In this document: positions 25,489 to 38,059 of the stretch, in pieces | Numbering within the stretch: position 1 is the stretch's first letter | Layout: each line of letters starts with the position of its first letter | Assembly: GCA_040285855.1 (NCBI GenBank) | Contig: JAUFOQ010000002.1 | Location: 1,674,001-1,738,000, forward strand | Direction of reading: 5' to 3' | From: Eukaryota sp. GEM-RC1 | Taxonomy: Eukaryota | Length of the DNA stretch: 64,000 nt | The notes under the pieces: model-generated | Databases searched by the model: none | Told to the model about the DNA's origin: nothing | Seen by the model: the letters and a program-made list of their open reading frames with translations, nothing else | Made by a program: the position numbers and the translations under genes

Positions 25489-27176
25489 ATGTTCAAAAAA
25501 CGGAATGTGACTTCCCGACGTCAACGTTCCTCTATTCCAACCAGTTCTGTTCCTGAAGCTTCTGGCACTGATGAACTGGATTTCTCTACCTACTTCACTC
25601 CCTCTTCAAAACAATCAGAAGTATCCGCTGCACAGCGAGATAGACCGCCCACTACGTCATCTTTAGTCTCTGCTCCTGCGTTTCTCTTTGAACAACTGCA
25701 AAAGAAGATTCTGAATTAGAACAAGAAGATGAACCTCTTGTCGTTGATCCTGATGACTACAATGTCACTATTCCTACCTCACCTCCTCCAACTGCTCTTC
25801 CTTTTGCAAAGCTACATGAACCCATCCGTAAAGCCACAGATCTTCTCGACTACGAAACAAATGAACGCCTGTCTTCCCTTCTAGGTGACTCTGCTCTTAG
25901 CCGGTTAATAGAAGCAGAAGATGATGTCATTTTCGAAGTTGATCCTGATGATGTTAAAGAAGTCAAGCCTTCAAAAATCATTCCAGATACAATTGAAGAA
26001 GCTCTGGAGATGATGTCTTTCGAAGAGGATAAACAGAAGCAGAAGTTCAAGGAGGTGCAGGAGATGAGTTCAAGTGTGGTGGACTTGTCAAGGCTTTCCA
26101 GTCAATTAGAGTTTTATGAGGAACTCCTGAATGAGTATAGTACCACATGGCACTATTTCCACGTATTGGTTTGCCATTGTACAAAGCTGGAGTCATTTTC
26201 CCAAAAAAGAGCACATGTTGTTAATCAAATGCTTGCTGATCACGTCATGAGTGTCCTTGATGATGTTATTTCTCAACGAAAGATTAGAAAGCAGTTTTGG
26301 TCCTCTTTATCATCATGTAATCTAGAAGAAGTTTTAATGTCATATACAGGACTAGAAGAATCATGGGTGAGCTCTACTCAATCAGACCATAAGTCAACAG
26401 GAATCCCAACGACTACGATACAGTCACTATTGAGTGATGTTGATGAGAATCTTTGTTCGTTTGCTGATGCAAACCAGCCGTTTGTTAATTTCTTTTCTTC
26501 TTTCAACAAGGACCATTCTGTTTTAAATGTATCATCTTTTATTTCTTCAGCAATTCCTCTTCTTGTTCCCGTGATTTCAATAGAGTTGGTTAGTCTTGAG
26601 TGGAGTTTGTACTCGTCTGTGGATTCTGTTGCTTCAATTTTATCATTTGTTGAAGAATTTAAAAAATTTGAACAGTGTGAAATGGTTTTTGAGCTTTTTC
26701 AAAAGTTTTGTTTATTGTTTGTTTTGCCTGTCCCTGAGTTAGAGATTGTTAGTGAAAATGAATTTAAATTTTGTTCTGTGGATTCATTGTTATTCAATTT
26801 TAGCCAAAATTTAGATATTTTGAGATCCACCAAAGTTGTTGGCACACTTCATAGTATTCTGGATGTCCATTGCTCTCATTTTTTTGATATTTTACAAGAT
26901 TTGGAACTTTCAATGTTGAATCTGCCGTTTGTTTTTGCAGAGTTGGTCATGTTACTTGATTTTTGTTGTATCCTAAAGTTTCGAGACCTATCATCCAAAA
27001 TTGGATCGAAAATCATTCACATTATTACCAAATCACAATCCGATACTGATTTATTTATCAATATTGCAAAACAAATCTCACAAGAATCGACATCAATAAT
27101 TTCAAAATTTCAAAATGAACAACGCCCGGGGAAGAAAATCCCAAACCTGGATATAATACAGAAAATACTTCAATAA
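25489..27176 (+). CDS. Possible GCFC2/PAXBP1-like (GCFC domain) protein; frameshift at the AAAA near 25700
   Basis: The -1 frame after 25700 is open into ORF 26010; LLSDVDENL..F..IPLLVPVISIELVSLEW resembles the GCFC domain. Confidence 0.5.
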
Positions 27177-27203
27177 AACAGCATTCAATTTGACTATAAG
27201 TAA

Positions 27204-27470
27204 TTAAGATGAGAGAAAGAAAGCGGCAGCAAATGAAATGATGGACAAACCCACAAGAATATGGGCTTTAGAGAACTCTGAAGAGTCCTTCAGTTTGGAA
27301 AGATGTACTGCAACGTCCATGTTTCGAAGAGCAAGTTCTTTCTCTTCTCTGGCAATTGCGTCCTTGAGTGATCGAATCTGGTGATAAACTGGTCCACGTG
27401 TGTCTTCTTCAAAGGAGGGAGTCCAGCGTAAGAAGTCTCCAATAGCTCTCCGAGGTGTAAAGTGGGTCAT
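27204..27470 (-). CDS. Small tail-anchored coiled-coil protein
   Basis: 88 aa, coiled coil followed by a C-terminal hydrophobic segment. Confidence 0.5.
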   Translation of the reverse strand: MTHFTPRRAIGDFLRWTPSFEEDTRGPVYHQIRSLKDAIAREEKELALRNMDVAVHLSKLKDSSEFSKAHILVGLSIISFAAAFFLSS

Positions 27471-27509
27471 TGACAGAAGAGAAAATCTTGAAGTTCACAG
27501 ACACTAAAA

Positions 27510-27758
27510 ATGCCACCTCTGATTGAGCACTGGAACTTCTTCGCTGACTGTGAAACAGGAGTGAGAACTCAGAATCCTACTTCAAGACCTCCTCATGTTA
27601 TGTCCTACGATGTTCCTACTTTTCCCGTAGTCTCCAAAGACTTTCAACATAAACTACAACTTCGGCATTGCAGTTCAGACAATGAACATAGTGATTACCG
27701 ACAGGCTGTTTTCAAACTCTTGTATAAACGAACATCAAATACTCTTTTTTCTTGTTGA
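27510..27758 (+). CDS. Hypothetical small protein
   Basis: ATG ORF divergent from 27470 with a 39-bp spacer, typical of this genome. Confidence 0.35.
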   Translation: MPPLIEHWNFFADCETGVRTQNPTSRPPHVMSYDVPTFPVVSKDFQHKLQLRHCSSDNEHSDYRQAVFKLLYKRTSNTLFSC

Positions 27759-27936
27759 ACTACTTTTATACCTAATCAAACGTGATCGTTTTTAGGCCTT
27801 GCATTGTATCTAAGTTATTGGTCTTCTTAAAACAACTTTTTCCGAATGTACACTACAATATAAAATGCATTTGTATACAAATAGATTTGCTTAACCGACT
27901 AGAAAAATACAAGACTAGTGTAATTCAAGGTAGACG

Positions 27937-29282
27937 TTATGACAAGATTTTGATAAGATCAGGACTCAACTCTCTAACCAAATTCCAAAAAGTTAGAGAT
28001 TGCCCGGTTCTCTTAGTCATCAAAGACATTGGTTCCGCTGGACAACGGAACGACTTGACATAATATGATAGTTTGATCAACAATGATCTTAATTCGATTT
28101 CCACTTCTAGGTTGAGCATTGATTTTCTGTGACTTCAAAATTGGCATAACTACTTCGACTACCTCGCCCAAGGACTTGGTGGTAGAAACGGCAACAACTT
28201 TCTTCTGTTCCATGTAGTGAACTTCAGGTTGTGATGTAGATGCTAAATGAAGGAGATCATCAGTTGAAAAGGAGATGGAATCACCTAATCCTGATTGACT
28301 ACTTGGAGAAGAAACTTCTGACTCGATTCCTGGAGACATAGAACCATTCTCAATGACAATGTTTCCTGTTGCAGTGATGGCGGAGATGTCATGGCGAATG
28401 TTGTTTACATCAAACACATCAATATCACTGTCCAAGAATGAAATGGAATCCTTATGTGTCCTGAACCATTCATGTTCAAGAATGGTATCAAGATCTGCTC
28501 TTTTGGCGGGGTCAACAACTAGAATTTGACGCAAGAGGTCCTTTAACAATGGCGAGAAGAACATGGGTTCGGGATAACGACCTGCACATATTTGTCTGAA
28601 GAGCTCCTTGTTTCCGAGGCGATGATCAAAAGGGAGATAGCCAGCAGTCATAACATATAATACAATACCAGCGGACCAAATGTCTGATTTGAAGGGATCG
28701 TATCCACCATGGTTCCGAGAAGTAAGTACGTCAGGGGCTACATAATGGATTGTTCCACAAGTGGTCTTAGTGAGAGAATCCTCAACGATTCTGCTTAACC
28801 CAAAATCAGTGATTTTGAGAATCTTTCCTTCAGAGAGAAGAATGTTTTCAGGTTTGAGATCTCTATGAGCGATATTATGCGCATGAAGAAAGCGCAGGCC
28901 TCGGATGAGTTGGTGGAAATAATTAGCAGCTTGTGGTTCCGGAAGACACTTTGTTTTAGCAATAAGATCGAAAAGCTCTCCATCAGCCAACTCTACAACA
29001 ATGAACAGGCGTGACCTGGATGAAAGAACTTCCTTGAGCTGAATGACATTGGGATGTTTGATTTGCTTCATAATGGAGATCTCTCTCTTGAGATGATCAG
29101 AAAGGTTTTGCTCACGGACTTTGGCGAGCTCTATGATTTTAATGGCAACATGCTCGTTAGTTGTGGTATCCACCGCCTCCTTGACCTTTCCAAACGATCC
29201 CTCACCAAGTGTACCCAAAATACCGTCGACAGTTAGAACTAAGCAGCAACGTACATTTATCTACTTTCTTTTTGAAAAGCAT
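27937..29282 (-). CDS. SNF1/CIPK-type (CAMK group) Ser/Thr kinase with KA1-like tail; intron 29227-29254; +1 shift near 28022
   Basis: GEGSFGKV, VAIK, HRDLKPEN, DFG, TCGT..Y.AP; exon 1 MLFKKKVDK; tail LMTKRTGQSLTFWNLVREL in the shifted frame. Confidence 0.9.
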
Positions 29283-30020
29283 TTTGAGGTGAAAATGAAA
29301 GAAACGAGGGAAAATGTCATGATCGACTTGTCATCACGCGCTTTTTTTGGTTCTTCTTCCAGACAATCATAGGGTCTGAACAGATCATCTTCTTTCCCTT
29401 GTAGTGCATTCTCACACTTCGAATGTACACCAATTCTCCCAATTTTAGGTTGATGATATCGTTCCTGAAATCATTGGTTGTTCTTTGAACCAAGTGAGTG
29501 TACTTAAACATGATTACAGTGACTCTAAAGTGCCTTCCTATCTTTGATTGATTGCTTGAAGCTAATATATCAATTTGTCCCTACAATACTACATTACAAT
29601 CATAATGTCCTTGTTGAACTAATAATAGTTCATGACATATCGACTAGTTGTCAATATTGTTTCGAAGAGTTCCAACAAGTGAGATTGATGGAAATGGTCT
29701 ACAATGTAGGTTACACTGTTTGTCACACCTTGTTCTTTAGAGATCAATGCATTTCATATAATTATTAACGTATAGAAAAACCAATTCACAAAATGATAGA
29801 CCGATAACCACAAATTTTAGTTTACACAAAAACTGAAACAAACAGCTACATATGGTCCCGAAAGAATAAATCTGTATTGACAGTAAACACAAGCCAGAAC
29901 CAATAAACAACCTTTTCAGTAATAAAAGTAGCAAAAGAATACAAAAGAAAAGCCACGTACACATGAAAAACTGCGATCACAATAAAGACTGGAAGGTCAA
30001 TTACCAGTAATATTTCCCTG

Positions 30021-30662
30021 TCACCTAGATAGAATAACACTCCAATTTGTTCCAAAGAACTCCGCAAGTACATCATCCTGTACTTTAACCCATGATATAG
30101 AACAGAGCTTTCCATGACCAGCATGTCGCCGTACTGATTCCCTTATAAAAGGTCTACCTCCCGTAGGAACACTCAGCAGATAGCAGACGTATTCAAAAGT
30201 ATACATTAACATATCCATTGAGGTATCGTCTCTATCAAAATGACTGACCTCTAAAGCAACCAATTGCTCCATGAATCCAAGATTCGGACGTATTTGGGGA
30301 CGCTTTTCCTTAATTAAATGAAAAGAATTTGAGAGAATGAAGCTGAATCGAAGCATTAAAATCAGCATAACAACTGAAGGAGCTCTGGATACTCCTTGGT
30401 TGCAAGCAATTATTATATTTGAATCACAAGCATCATAAAATGACAAGATGTCATCCGTACGGCAGGATAAATTCTCTGAACTCAGATCTCGAAATGGCAC
30501 ATGAAGAGTAGTGCAGTGTGGCAGATCTGATGGAATTGAGCGTTCCGCAGCTACACAGAGAACAAAATCAATGTGATTAGATTTCAAGAATGCAAGATCA
30601 AAAGCAGTCCTACAACTTCCCAGAAAGATGTTAGAGTGTATAAGAACAGCATCATGCTTCAT
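30021..30662 (-). CDS. Atypical dual-specificity phosphatase
   Basis: IFLGS, CNQGVSRA (CX5R), RPQIRPNLGFMEQL. Confidence 0.9.
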   Translation of the reverse strand: MKHDAVLIHSNIFLGSCRTAFDLAFLKSNHIDFVLCVAAERSIPSDLPHCTTLHVPFRDLSSENLSCRTDDILSFYDACDSNIIIACNQGVSRAPSVVMLILMLRFSFILSNSFHLIKEKRPQIRPNLGFMEQLVALEVSHFDRDDTSMDMLMYTFEYVCYLLSVPTGGRPFIRESVRRHAGHGKLCSISWVKVQDDVLAEFFGTNWSVILSR

Positions 30663-30738
30663 TATGGAGAAAGGGTAGACAGTGTGTTAAACCTGAAGAA
30701 AAAGTGGATTCCTTACATCATTTGGCTGAGGTGATACC

Positions 30739-31233
30739 TAGTGTTGCAAACAACGTTTCGGCGCTTTCGGCGTTTCCATTTCCGAACCGTCTCAGAAACG
30801 TTAATGACTCAGTGGAAACCCGTCAATAAACGTTTCCAAAACTTGATAATTACTGCTAATTTGTTGAATTGTTAATTCCGTTTATTGTACTGTAATGATC
30901 TTCTTTTGAATGTTATCAAAAAAATTGTATGCATGGTAGCAAACAGGTAAAACGAAAACACTTACCGGCATAACTTTGATTTGAGCTCCAATTTTCTCTC
31001 TCAATTTCGTTTCATTGGAAAGTGCAGTCCATATCAACTTGTATATCACCTGCACGGTGTACAAAGAACTGCTAAAAATCAAAAACAATAGTTAACCATA
31101 CCTTATTCAAAGAGAGAATGTTGGTGGAGAAAAGTGCGATGTAGAACAACAAAATGACGTTTCGGAAACGGAACGCGATTTCGGAACCGAAACGCGTTAT
31201 TTCAGGAATTTTCACAGGTTTCGAGCAACACTA
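30739..31233. mobile_element. Non-autonomous hAT element (GAAACG/CGTTTC arrays)
   Basis: TIR TAGTGTTGC; TSD GTGATAC(C/T). Confidence 0.85.
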
Positions 31234-31389
31234 GTGATACTAATGTATTGTTATCGTACTTTGTTCAAGAAAATACTAGTGTGTGCATGTGCTGCAATTG
31301 AATTAACAATATATTATCAACATTAGTTGAACCAGTACTTTCTCATCTTTCAGATCAATTTAATTCTACCCACCAAAAAGTGGTGGTTT

Positions 31390-32100
31390 TATTATCATCC
31401 CAGGAAATTGTAGTTGATTTTACGACTGCCGACCCTTGCAAATCTTCAATAACTTGAGTGATCCTAAACAAATGATCCTCTTGAAGACGTTGAGCAAGTT
31501 AAAGTATCAAAGTGCGTACATCAAACTGCCACTAAATTGTAATAAATTCATATTGATCAGAAACTATTAATTTTAAGTTCCATTTATTCGAAGTTGTATA
31601 GGGATAATTCTCGTGTTGATGTGGAGAATTTAACTTCTTTCATTTTCTGAATTAGTATGAATTAATTGATTGTTGCAAATAAACTCAATAATGCTTAATC
31701 AGAAATATTTGGAACAGTTTATTGATGGAGGGTACAACATACATATCATAATTAAAACTGAGAAACACTGGACACCGAAAATTCCTGATGAACTTTACCA
31801 CAGTTTTTATACAACTTTGTGAAAATTGATGTAAACAACTTAGGCAGCGAACGAAACAAAGAAAAAATCAAACGGTTATGCCAAGTTAAATCTCTCTTTC
31901 TGAGATTTACACATAGATCCAAAATCAGTTAAAAACATAGAAACCTTTTCATCAATACTACCAAGAAATCAGAAATATATGACAATAATTTTTGAGTGTG
32001 TTTGTAGTCACCGTCGCATTGCAACTTTTAGACACGTAATTAATCGCCCCAAATTTATTCAATTTCGCCCAGTTCTTCATAATGTTGTGAGAGATATTAC
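31390..32100. mobile_element. Patchwork of CRE-like fragments on both strands
   Basis: EIVVDFTTADPC (+); 31586-31685 matches 58118-58218; 31720-31920 (-) reads WHNRLIFSLFRSLPK; 31995-32100 (+) reads CVC..RHVIN..LHNVVRD. Confidence 0.7.
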
Positions 32101-32180
32101 ATTGTGCTGTTGGTATCATGTTATATCTCTTGATTTTGACATCTGTATGTAATAAGATCAGTCAGGATACTTGATAAAAA

Positions 32181-32262
32181 CGCAACTGGTGAGATTCGAA
32201 CTCACGCGGGAAAATCCCAATGCCTTAGCAAAGCACCGTCGTAACCACTGGACCACAGTTGC
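32181..32262 (-). tRNA. tRNA-Ser(GCU)
   Basis: Acceptor GCAACTG/CAGTTGC, G73, anticodon loop TTGCTAA, long variable arm, TTCGAAT T-loop, followed by TTTTT. Confidence 0.92.
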
Positions 32263-32644
32263 AATGGCATTAGAAGTTTTCGCACTTCTTATGACCCCAC
32301 AAACAACGTTAATCGTTACAATCTTTCCTCATTACGGAAAGGACATCACACAACTGTCACCAAGGGACACACAACGTTACGTGTATATAGTCCAAATCAT
32401 ATCAGACAGACGAGTATTTCCGTACACATGTAGAACGTTATAGCAATATTGAAATTCGAACTAAGTAAACAGACAAGCTATGCCCAAATGAATTCAACCA
32501 GTGACACTCAATACACGACACGTGCAACCCTAAACACATCACAGTTATACAATGAATTATGAGTAAGGGTCAACCTGCTGTTCCACCAAGTCCTCTCGGC
32601 GAGTTAGACTTTATTAACATTGGTGCTACACGACTACTATAATT

Positions 32645-35072
32645 TATGATACCCTTACGGCCCGGCCTAAGCCGGCTTACAGATTTCAAAAACTTTTTAG
32701 GCCGGCCTAAGCCGTGCTAGGCCAAATTTAACGCCGAAAGTCCAATAATAAATTGTAACATTTGTTGGTGCTTTTATTTTGATTTAAAAAATAACAAACA
32801 AGAAGAGGTTTTGCAGTGGATTCTTCTTCCACTATCTAACAATATACAACACTTTCAGAGCAATATGCCTCCCATTAAACGTCGCTGCCGCTCCGTAGGC
32901 TCTCCTGTGAAAAAAGCTGTGAACAACAAGTCACTCAGTACATTTTCTGATAGTACTTCTTCTGATACGACGCCTTCTGATGACAACAATTCTACAAATT
33001 CTTCTCTCGTTCTTGAAAAGGAAAGCTTCCTGACGACATCGCTTCCTACTTCTCCACCAACTTCGGAGAAGAGGTTCACAAATGTCTTCTTTGTGAACCG
33101 GGTGACGCATATCCGTATTCATTTTCCACCAGCTCAGGAAATAAGCGGAAACATCTAGAGAAATCCCACCCTAACTGGAAAGATAGTTCGCCTCCAGAAC
33201 AGCCGCAATTAGATTTTGCTCCCCCTCCTGATTGCTCAACAGCTCCTACTTCTGCTGAAGAACAAGCATACTTTGGTTCTCTTCTCCTTGAGTTTTTAAT
33301 CGAAAACTCGCTACCTTTCTGTCTCCTAGAATCTCCTACTTTTAAAAAACTCCTGAAGTTTGCTAATAAGTACCTCAAATCACTTTCGGCTGATCTTGCA
33401 TCTAGTAGAATAGTTGTTGAATACGAAAAACAGAAGGAACTTGTGAAAGCTCAACTTTCCTCTCTTGATGTCTCTCCCTGCTTGTCTCTAGATTACTGGA
33501 CATCAAAGTCTGGAATTCCCTTTTTGGGTGTGTTTATCCACTACATTGACAAATCCTTTGAACTCATCACGTTTTTGTTAGATCTAAAACCCGTTTCCCA
33601 TCCCCACTCTGCTGCAAACACCAAGATCGCCCTTGACGAAATTTTGCAAGAGTACGGGATTAGTGAAATAACTTCAATCACTGCTGATAATGCCAGCAAT
33701 ATATCTTCTGCAATTGATATGTTTCACGGTGTCCAAGGAAGGAAGTGCTTTGCCCATGTGCTCAATTTAGTAGCCAAAGATGGCTTGAATTTAGTAGATG
33801 AGTCTGTAAATATTGTTTGTTCGAAAACTCACTGTAAAAATTCATCGCTCTCAGGCTCTTCAAAAAAAGATTGTTGATTCCACTGAAGCCCTAAACTCTT
33901 TGTTTCCTGAAGAGGCTCTCGTAATTCCCTCCACAAAACTAGTCAGAGATGTCGAAACCAGGTGGTCAAGTACTTATGAGATGCTCAAGAGTTACAACAA
34001 ATGGCGAAACGTTCTCGTGAAGTACGGCGAGAATGATAGAACCATAGCTGCACTTAATCCCACTGACGACGATTACTTACGACTGAAGTCCTTTAATCGA
34101 CAATTATTGAAGCCTCTTGCGGATTGTACGACAACAATATCAGGATCAAAGTATGTTACTTTATCCCTCTGTGTCGTTTTGTTTGATTCTTTGCTAAATA
34201 CGTTCAAAGATATTTACAACAATTCGGAAGATATTTGGATCAAAACGACTGCTAAATTGATGTTCGATAGATTGATTAAGTCTCAGAAATACTTTACCGA
34301 CTATGTTGCCTTTGCTGCAGTTTTGCTTGATCCTCGCTACAAAAACAATAAGCTTAGAGAGTTTGCAGTCTTAGACAAAGAAGAGCACTGGGAGCAGTTG
34401 ATTGATACATCGGAAAATTCCACACCAGCTGCAGAAATACCGTCGACAGGCGATCAAGCAACATCAGATTCAGAAGATGACAATTTTGCAGAAAAAGCAC
34501 TCGCTGTTAGAGAAGAAGAGTGTGAGATCGTGGACCAAAACAAGAGTGAGCTTGATAGATATCTTGATGAAAGAGTTTCAGCTTCAGATCCACTCATGTG
34601 GTGGAAGTGCAATAACGAAAAGTATCCGAATTTGAGCCGAGTTGCAAGACAGTTCCTTGCAAGTCCTGCTTCTTCTGTTGCTTGTGAGTCTTTATTTTCT
34701 GTGGTTGGCCACATGATTCATGGAAGATGGAATTTGGATCGTGAAACAATTAGGTCTCTCATTGGACTAAAGTCTCTATTAAACAGCGGGAGAATAAGAT
34801 CGGGCACTTTGAAAATGGCTGTTGAAAAACCCAAAAAGAAAGTCTTAAAACAATCACAGTTAAGTTTTTCTACAGAAACTCAGAACGAGAACGATGAAAT
34901 TGTATTGTAGTGAATTTCTAAATTACTTTATTTAAATAAAATTAGTCTTATATTTCTGTGATCATAGTAATAGATTTAGCAAGTTGTAAATTAGTTGGGC
35001 CTAGATTACGGCTCATAGAAAAAAAGATAGGCCGGCGTCGGCCTGGGCTAAGCCGGCTGCAAGGGAATCATA
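32645..35072 (+). mobile_element. Near-complete hAT DNA transposon
   Basis: Imperfect TIR TATGAT(A/T)CCCTT..GCC; TSD CTATAATT; GGCC/AGCCGG subterminal arrays. Confidence 0.95.
32865..34910 (+). CDS. hAT transposase (BED finger, DDE RNase-H, dimerisation domain), two frameshifts
   Basis: KCLLC..KRKHLEKSH; SLDYWTS; ITADNASN; CFAHVLNL; DVETRWSSTY; LLDPRYK; WW..YPNLSRVA..PASSVACESLFS. Confidence 0.9.
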
Positions 35073-35157
35073 CTATAATTGGGAGTGTATCCAGTAAGCA
35101 CTTGAAAGTTCGCTTCATCGTATTGTTGACCAGTCAGAACCCTAGAAAGGAAAAAAA

Positions 35158-35240
35158 CGCAACTGGTGAGATTCGAACTCACGCGGGATTGCTCCCAATG
35201 CCTTAGCAAAGCACCGTCGTAACCACTGGACCACAATTGC
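35158..35240 (-). tRNA. tRNA-Ser(GCU), variant with a GCAA variable loop
   Basis: Same cloverleaf; U5:G68 pair; variable arm GGGA-GCAA-TCCC; T-run terminator. Confidence 0.92.
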
Positions 35241-35479
35241 GATTATCTGTTTGAACTTTTGCTGTCAATATGAAGGTAAGAAAAATACGAAGGTTTGATT
35301 AAAAGAACAAGATCCACCACATAGGGTACAGTTGCGTCCCCCGACACACACCTCTAGAATTTACAAGAGTTTAAATGTTTCCGGAAAGTTGGTCCAGAAT
35401 CTTCTTTTGAAAAAACAATTCTAAAACGGGGTTTATGATCAGTCAGTGAAATAAATGCATTTGCAGAAGTTGATAACTA

Positions 35480-37430
35480 ACAGACACTAACTAAAGTATT
35501 TCAACTATGATCCTACTGTCCATCACCAAAAAACCTACCTAAAATTGAATTAAAATATCTGTGCATTGAACGAAACAACGCAAACGTTAACCTACTCAAC
35601 CAAACATTTTCATTGAAAACTTTACCATACTCAGAACACAATTTACCAAAGGAAGTTAAAAAACCGTGTGTAGCTGGTCCAATATTACCGTATATCGACA
35701 TCGCAAAAATTGAAACACAAAAGAATTGTACCTGTCAACATTCAATTGGTTAATTAAGTGACAGTACTTTGTATTTTTTCCTTTTCAGCCACTTCAAGAG
35801 CAGAGAGATCATCGTCAAAATTTTTGGAAATTGATCTTGAATTACAAGGATCAACAGTCGTGAAATCCATGATAATTTCCGGACAAGATAACCAAGGACC
35901 AATCAAATCACCACGACTTCTACGACTTTTTTTTGGCTGATCAGAAAGATTAGCAAGTAAAGTTTCAATTGTTCCATGAAAACCATTAGCTTTAAACGTA
36001 TCCAAACAAGTATTCCGGATACTGTTGTGAATAATTGATCGAAAATGAATAAATTGATGACAGTTAACTAAATGATGAAAATTTGAAGCCTTTGAACGAC
36101 CACAAAGACATGGAGAATGCTTCAAAAGACCCGAAGGTCATAAACCTAACCTAACTTTCATGTTTATAAGCCATTCATGATGATCCTTCAGATTAAAACA
36201 AAATTTTCTTGGCAAACGAGAAACATATGAAGACGCAGCGCTTGAAGAAATATCATTCAAAAAAGCACAAAAAGCGGGACTCTTAGTCTTAGCCAAGCTA
36301 ATACGGTTTTTAAGTCCAAGCTTTCGTGAAACAAAACAAACTTCTCCAGTAACTTGCGAACACACAAAGGCAAAGAGAAAATGCTTCTCGGCTGAATTTC
36401 TGTTACCCCAACAGGAAATTAATCTGACCACAAATTGGAGTCAAGACTATCAATTAAATTTTGAAGACTAATTAACCATGCACAAGTTGAGTGAAGTAAA
36501 AAAATCTTTCGTTTTCCATAACACAGGATAACCATTCTGAAACTCAAACAAAAAATTCTTTAAAGAACCCCAAAAGGCACCATCACGCATGTACTTAGCT
36601 TTCGTGAAACCAATACCACCAAAAGAAGTAGACGTGAAACAATGAGAAGGAAGTGAAGAGTCTTTGTCACCAACCAGATAACTAACAAAATTTGTGCGCA
36701 ATGAATTAAAAATTACGAGATAATTCGAGAGTTAGTTCAGGCGGTAAACCACGTAAAAAGTGATTAATATTACCACCAAAACAAACTTGCAGCATAGCAA
36801 AAGAAACTTGTTTGCCTACATCTAGATCAACGATTTGGTTAAGCTGCTGAAAGATACAATTATTCTTAGGTGATAATGTCTCCTGAATTTTGTCATCATT
36901 ACCAATATAATTGCCCAAAAACTTCACACATTCATCTGAATAATTGACAAACGGAATGGAAGATACCCCAAAATTCCAATCAATTGAAGAACGTCCAATG
37001 ACAAGACATTTTTGAAAATTAATTGACCAACCAATACTTGAAGACAATTCAACAAAACGAGGAAAACTCGATTTAATTAGTTCCAAAGGGCCAACCAAAG
37101 AGGTATCACTAGCATACGAGTTCAACCTTAATCCTGGGAATTCGCTTGAGAGTTTGTAAAGACTTCTTTCCAACGGGAAACAGAAAAGAAAAAGGGCCCA
37201 AAGGATCACCTTGTTTCACACCACGAGTGGATGAAATTGTATGTTCGTGAAAAATTAATGAAGATGAATGACCATACATAATTTCAAAATGGGACAGTAA
37301 TTCAGGAAAATGATCTAACAGTTCCAAGTGAATCTGTGACCGATAAACACAATTGAACGCATTTTTGTAATCAACGTTCAATACATAATTTTCTGTATTT
37401 GAATTTAAAAAGATGTCAGTCATGAAACCA
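35480..37430 (-). mobile_element. Decayed CRE-like non-LTR retrotransposon (RT, zinc knuckle, RLE)
   Basis: VDYKNAFN..R, GVKQGDPLGP, SYASD (decayed YADD), KFLG, FGGIG, CLC..HLVNC..HNSIR, RGDL..DFTTVDPC, YGNIG. Confidence 0.88.
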
Positions 37431-37487
37431 GCACTTATTGTACCAAATTAAACAAAATATGCAAATTAGAAGTGTGTCAGATATGAG

Positions 37488-37843
37488 CAGTGAACGCTAA
37501 CACGTTCAAAAATAGAATCTATCACGTGTTAACACGCGTGTTACGTGTTAGGACGTGTGACGTGTTAACACGCGTGTGACGTGTTTGCGTTACAAGAATT
37601 TTTCCTGGTTTCTGGTTCAACGATAAACAGCTTGTTTCTTCTACACGTTCATCCCTACGATACTCTAACTGTAGGGGACTTCTAAAAGGGCGTCTTTCAT
37701 TCTTTTAGCAGCAAAACGCATTTTCACATAATTCAGACCGAAAACAGTAACCGTAATTTGTGTGTTAGAAATCAGCCAAAATTCTCAACACGTGTTAACA
37801 CGCGTGTTACGTGTCAGGCCGTGTTACGTGTTAGCGCTCACTG
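37488..37843. mobile_element. Non-autonomous hAT element (GTGTTAACACGCGT arrays)
   Basis: TIR CAGTGA(A/G)CGCTAACACG; TSD GATATGAG. Confidence 0.92.
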
Positions 37844-38059
37844 GATATGAGCCGTTTTTTCCGACAGATAGTTTAAACAGTTGTTATTTAAAAATCAAAT
37901 ATAAAAGCAATGCACTCAGAATTGTTATATATGGTGTCAAATTAGATGATTGTGAGAAAGTTGTCAAAAGAAGAATGAACCAGAAATTTGATTTCAAGTT
38001 TATTGTTTTATTGAATCGTATTGTTTTTACAATATTTAAAGTAATTCCTATCACAGAGT

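Noticed and set aside
32181..32262. Suppressor or Sec tRNA (CTA/TAA seen in the loop)
   Set aside because: The 7-nt loop TTGCTAA centres on GCT; a 7-bp acceptor, G73 and the long arm fit Ser
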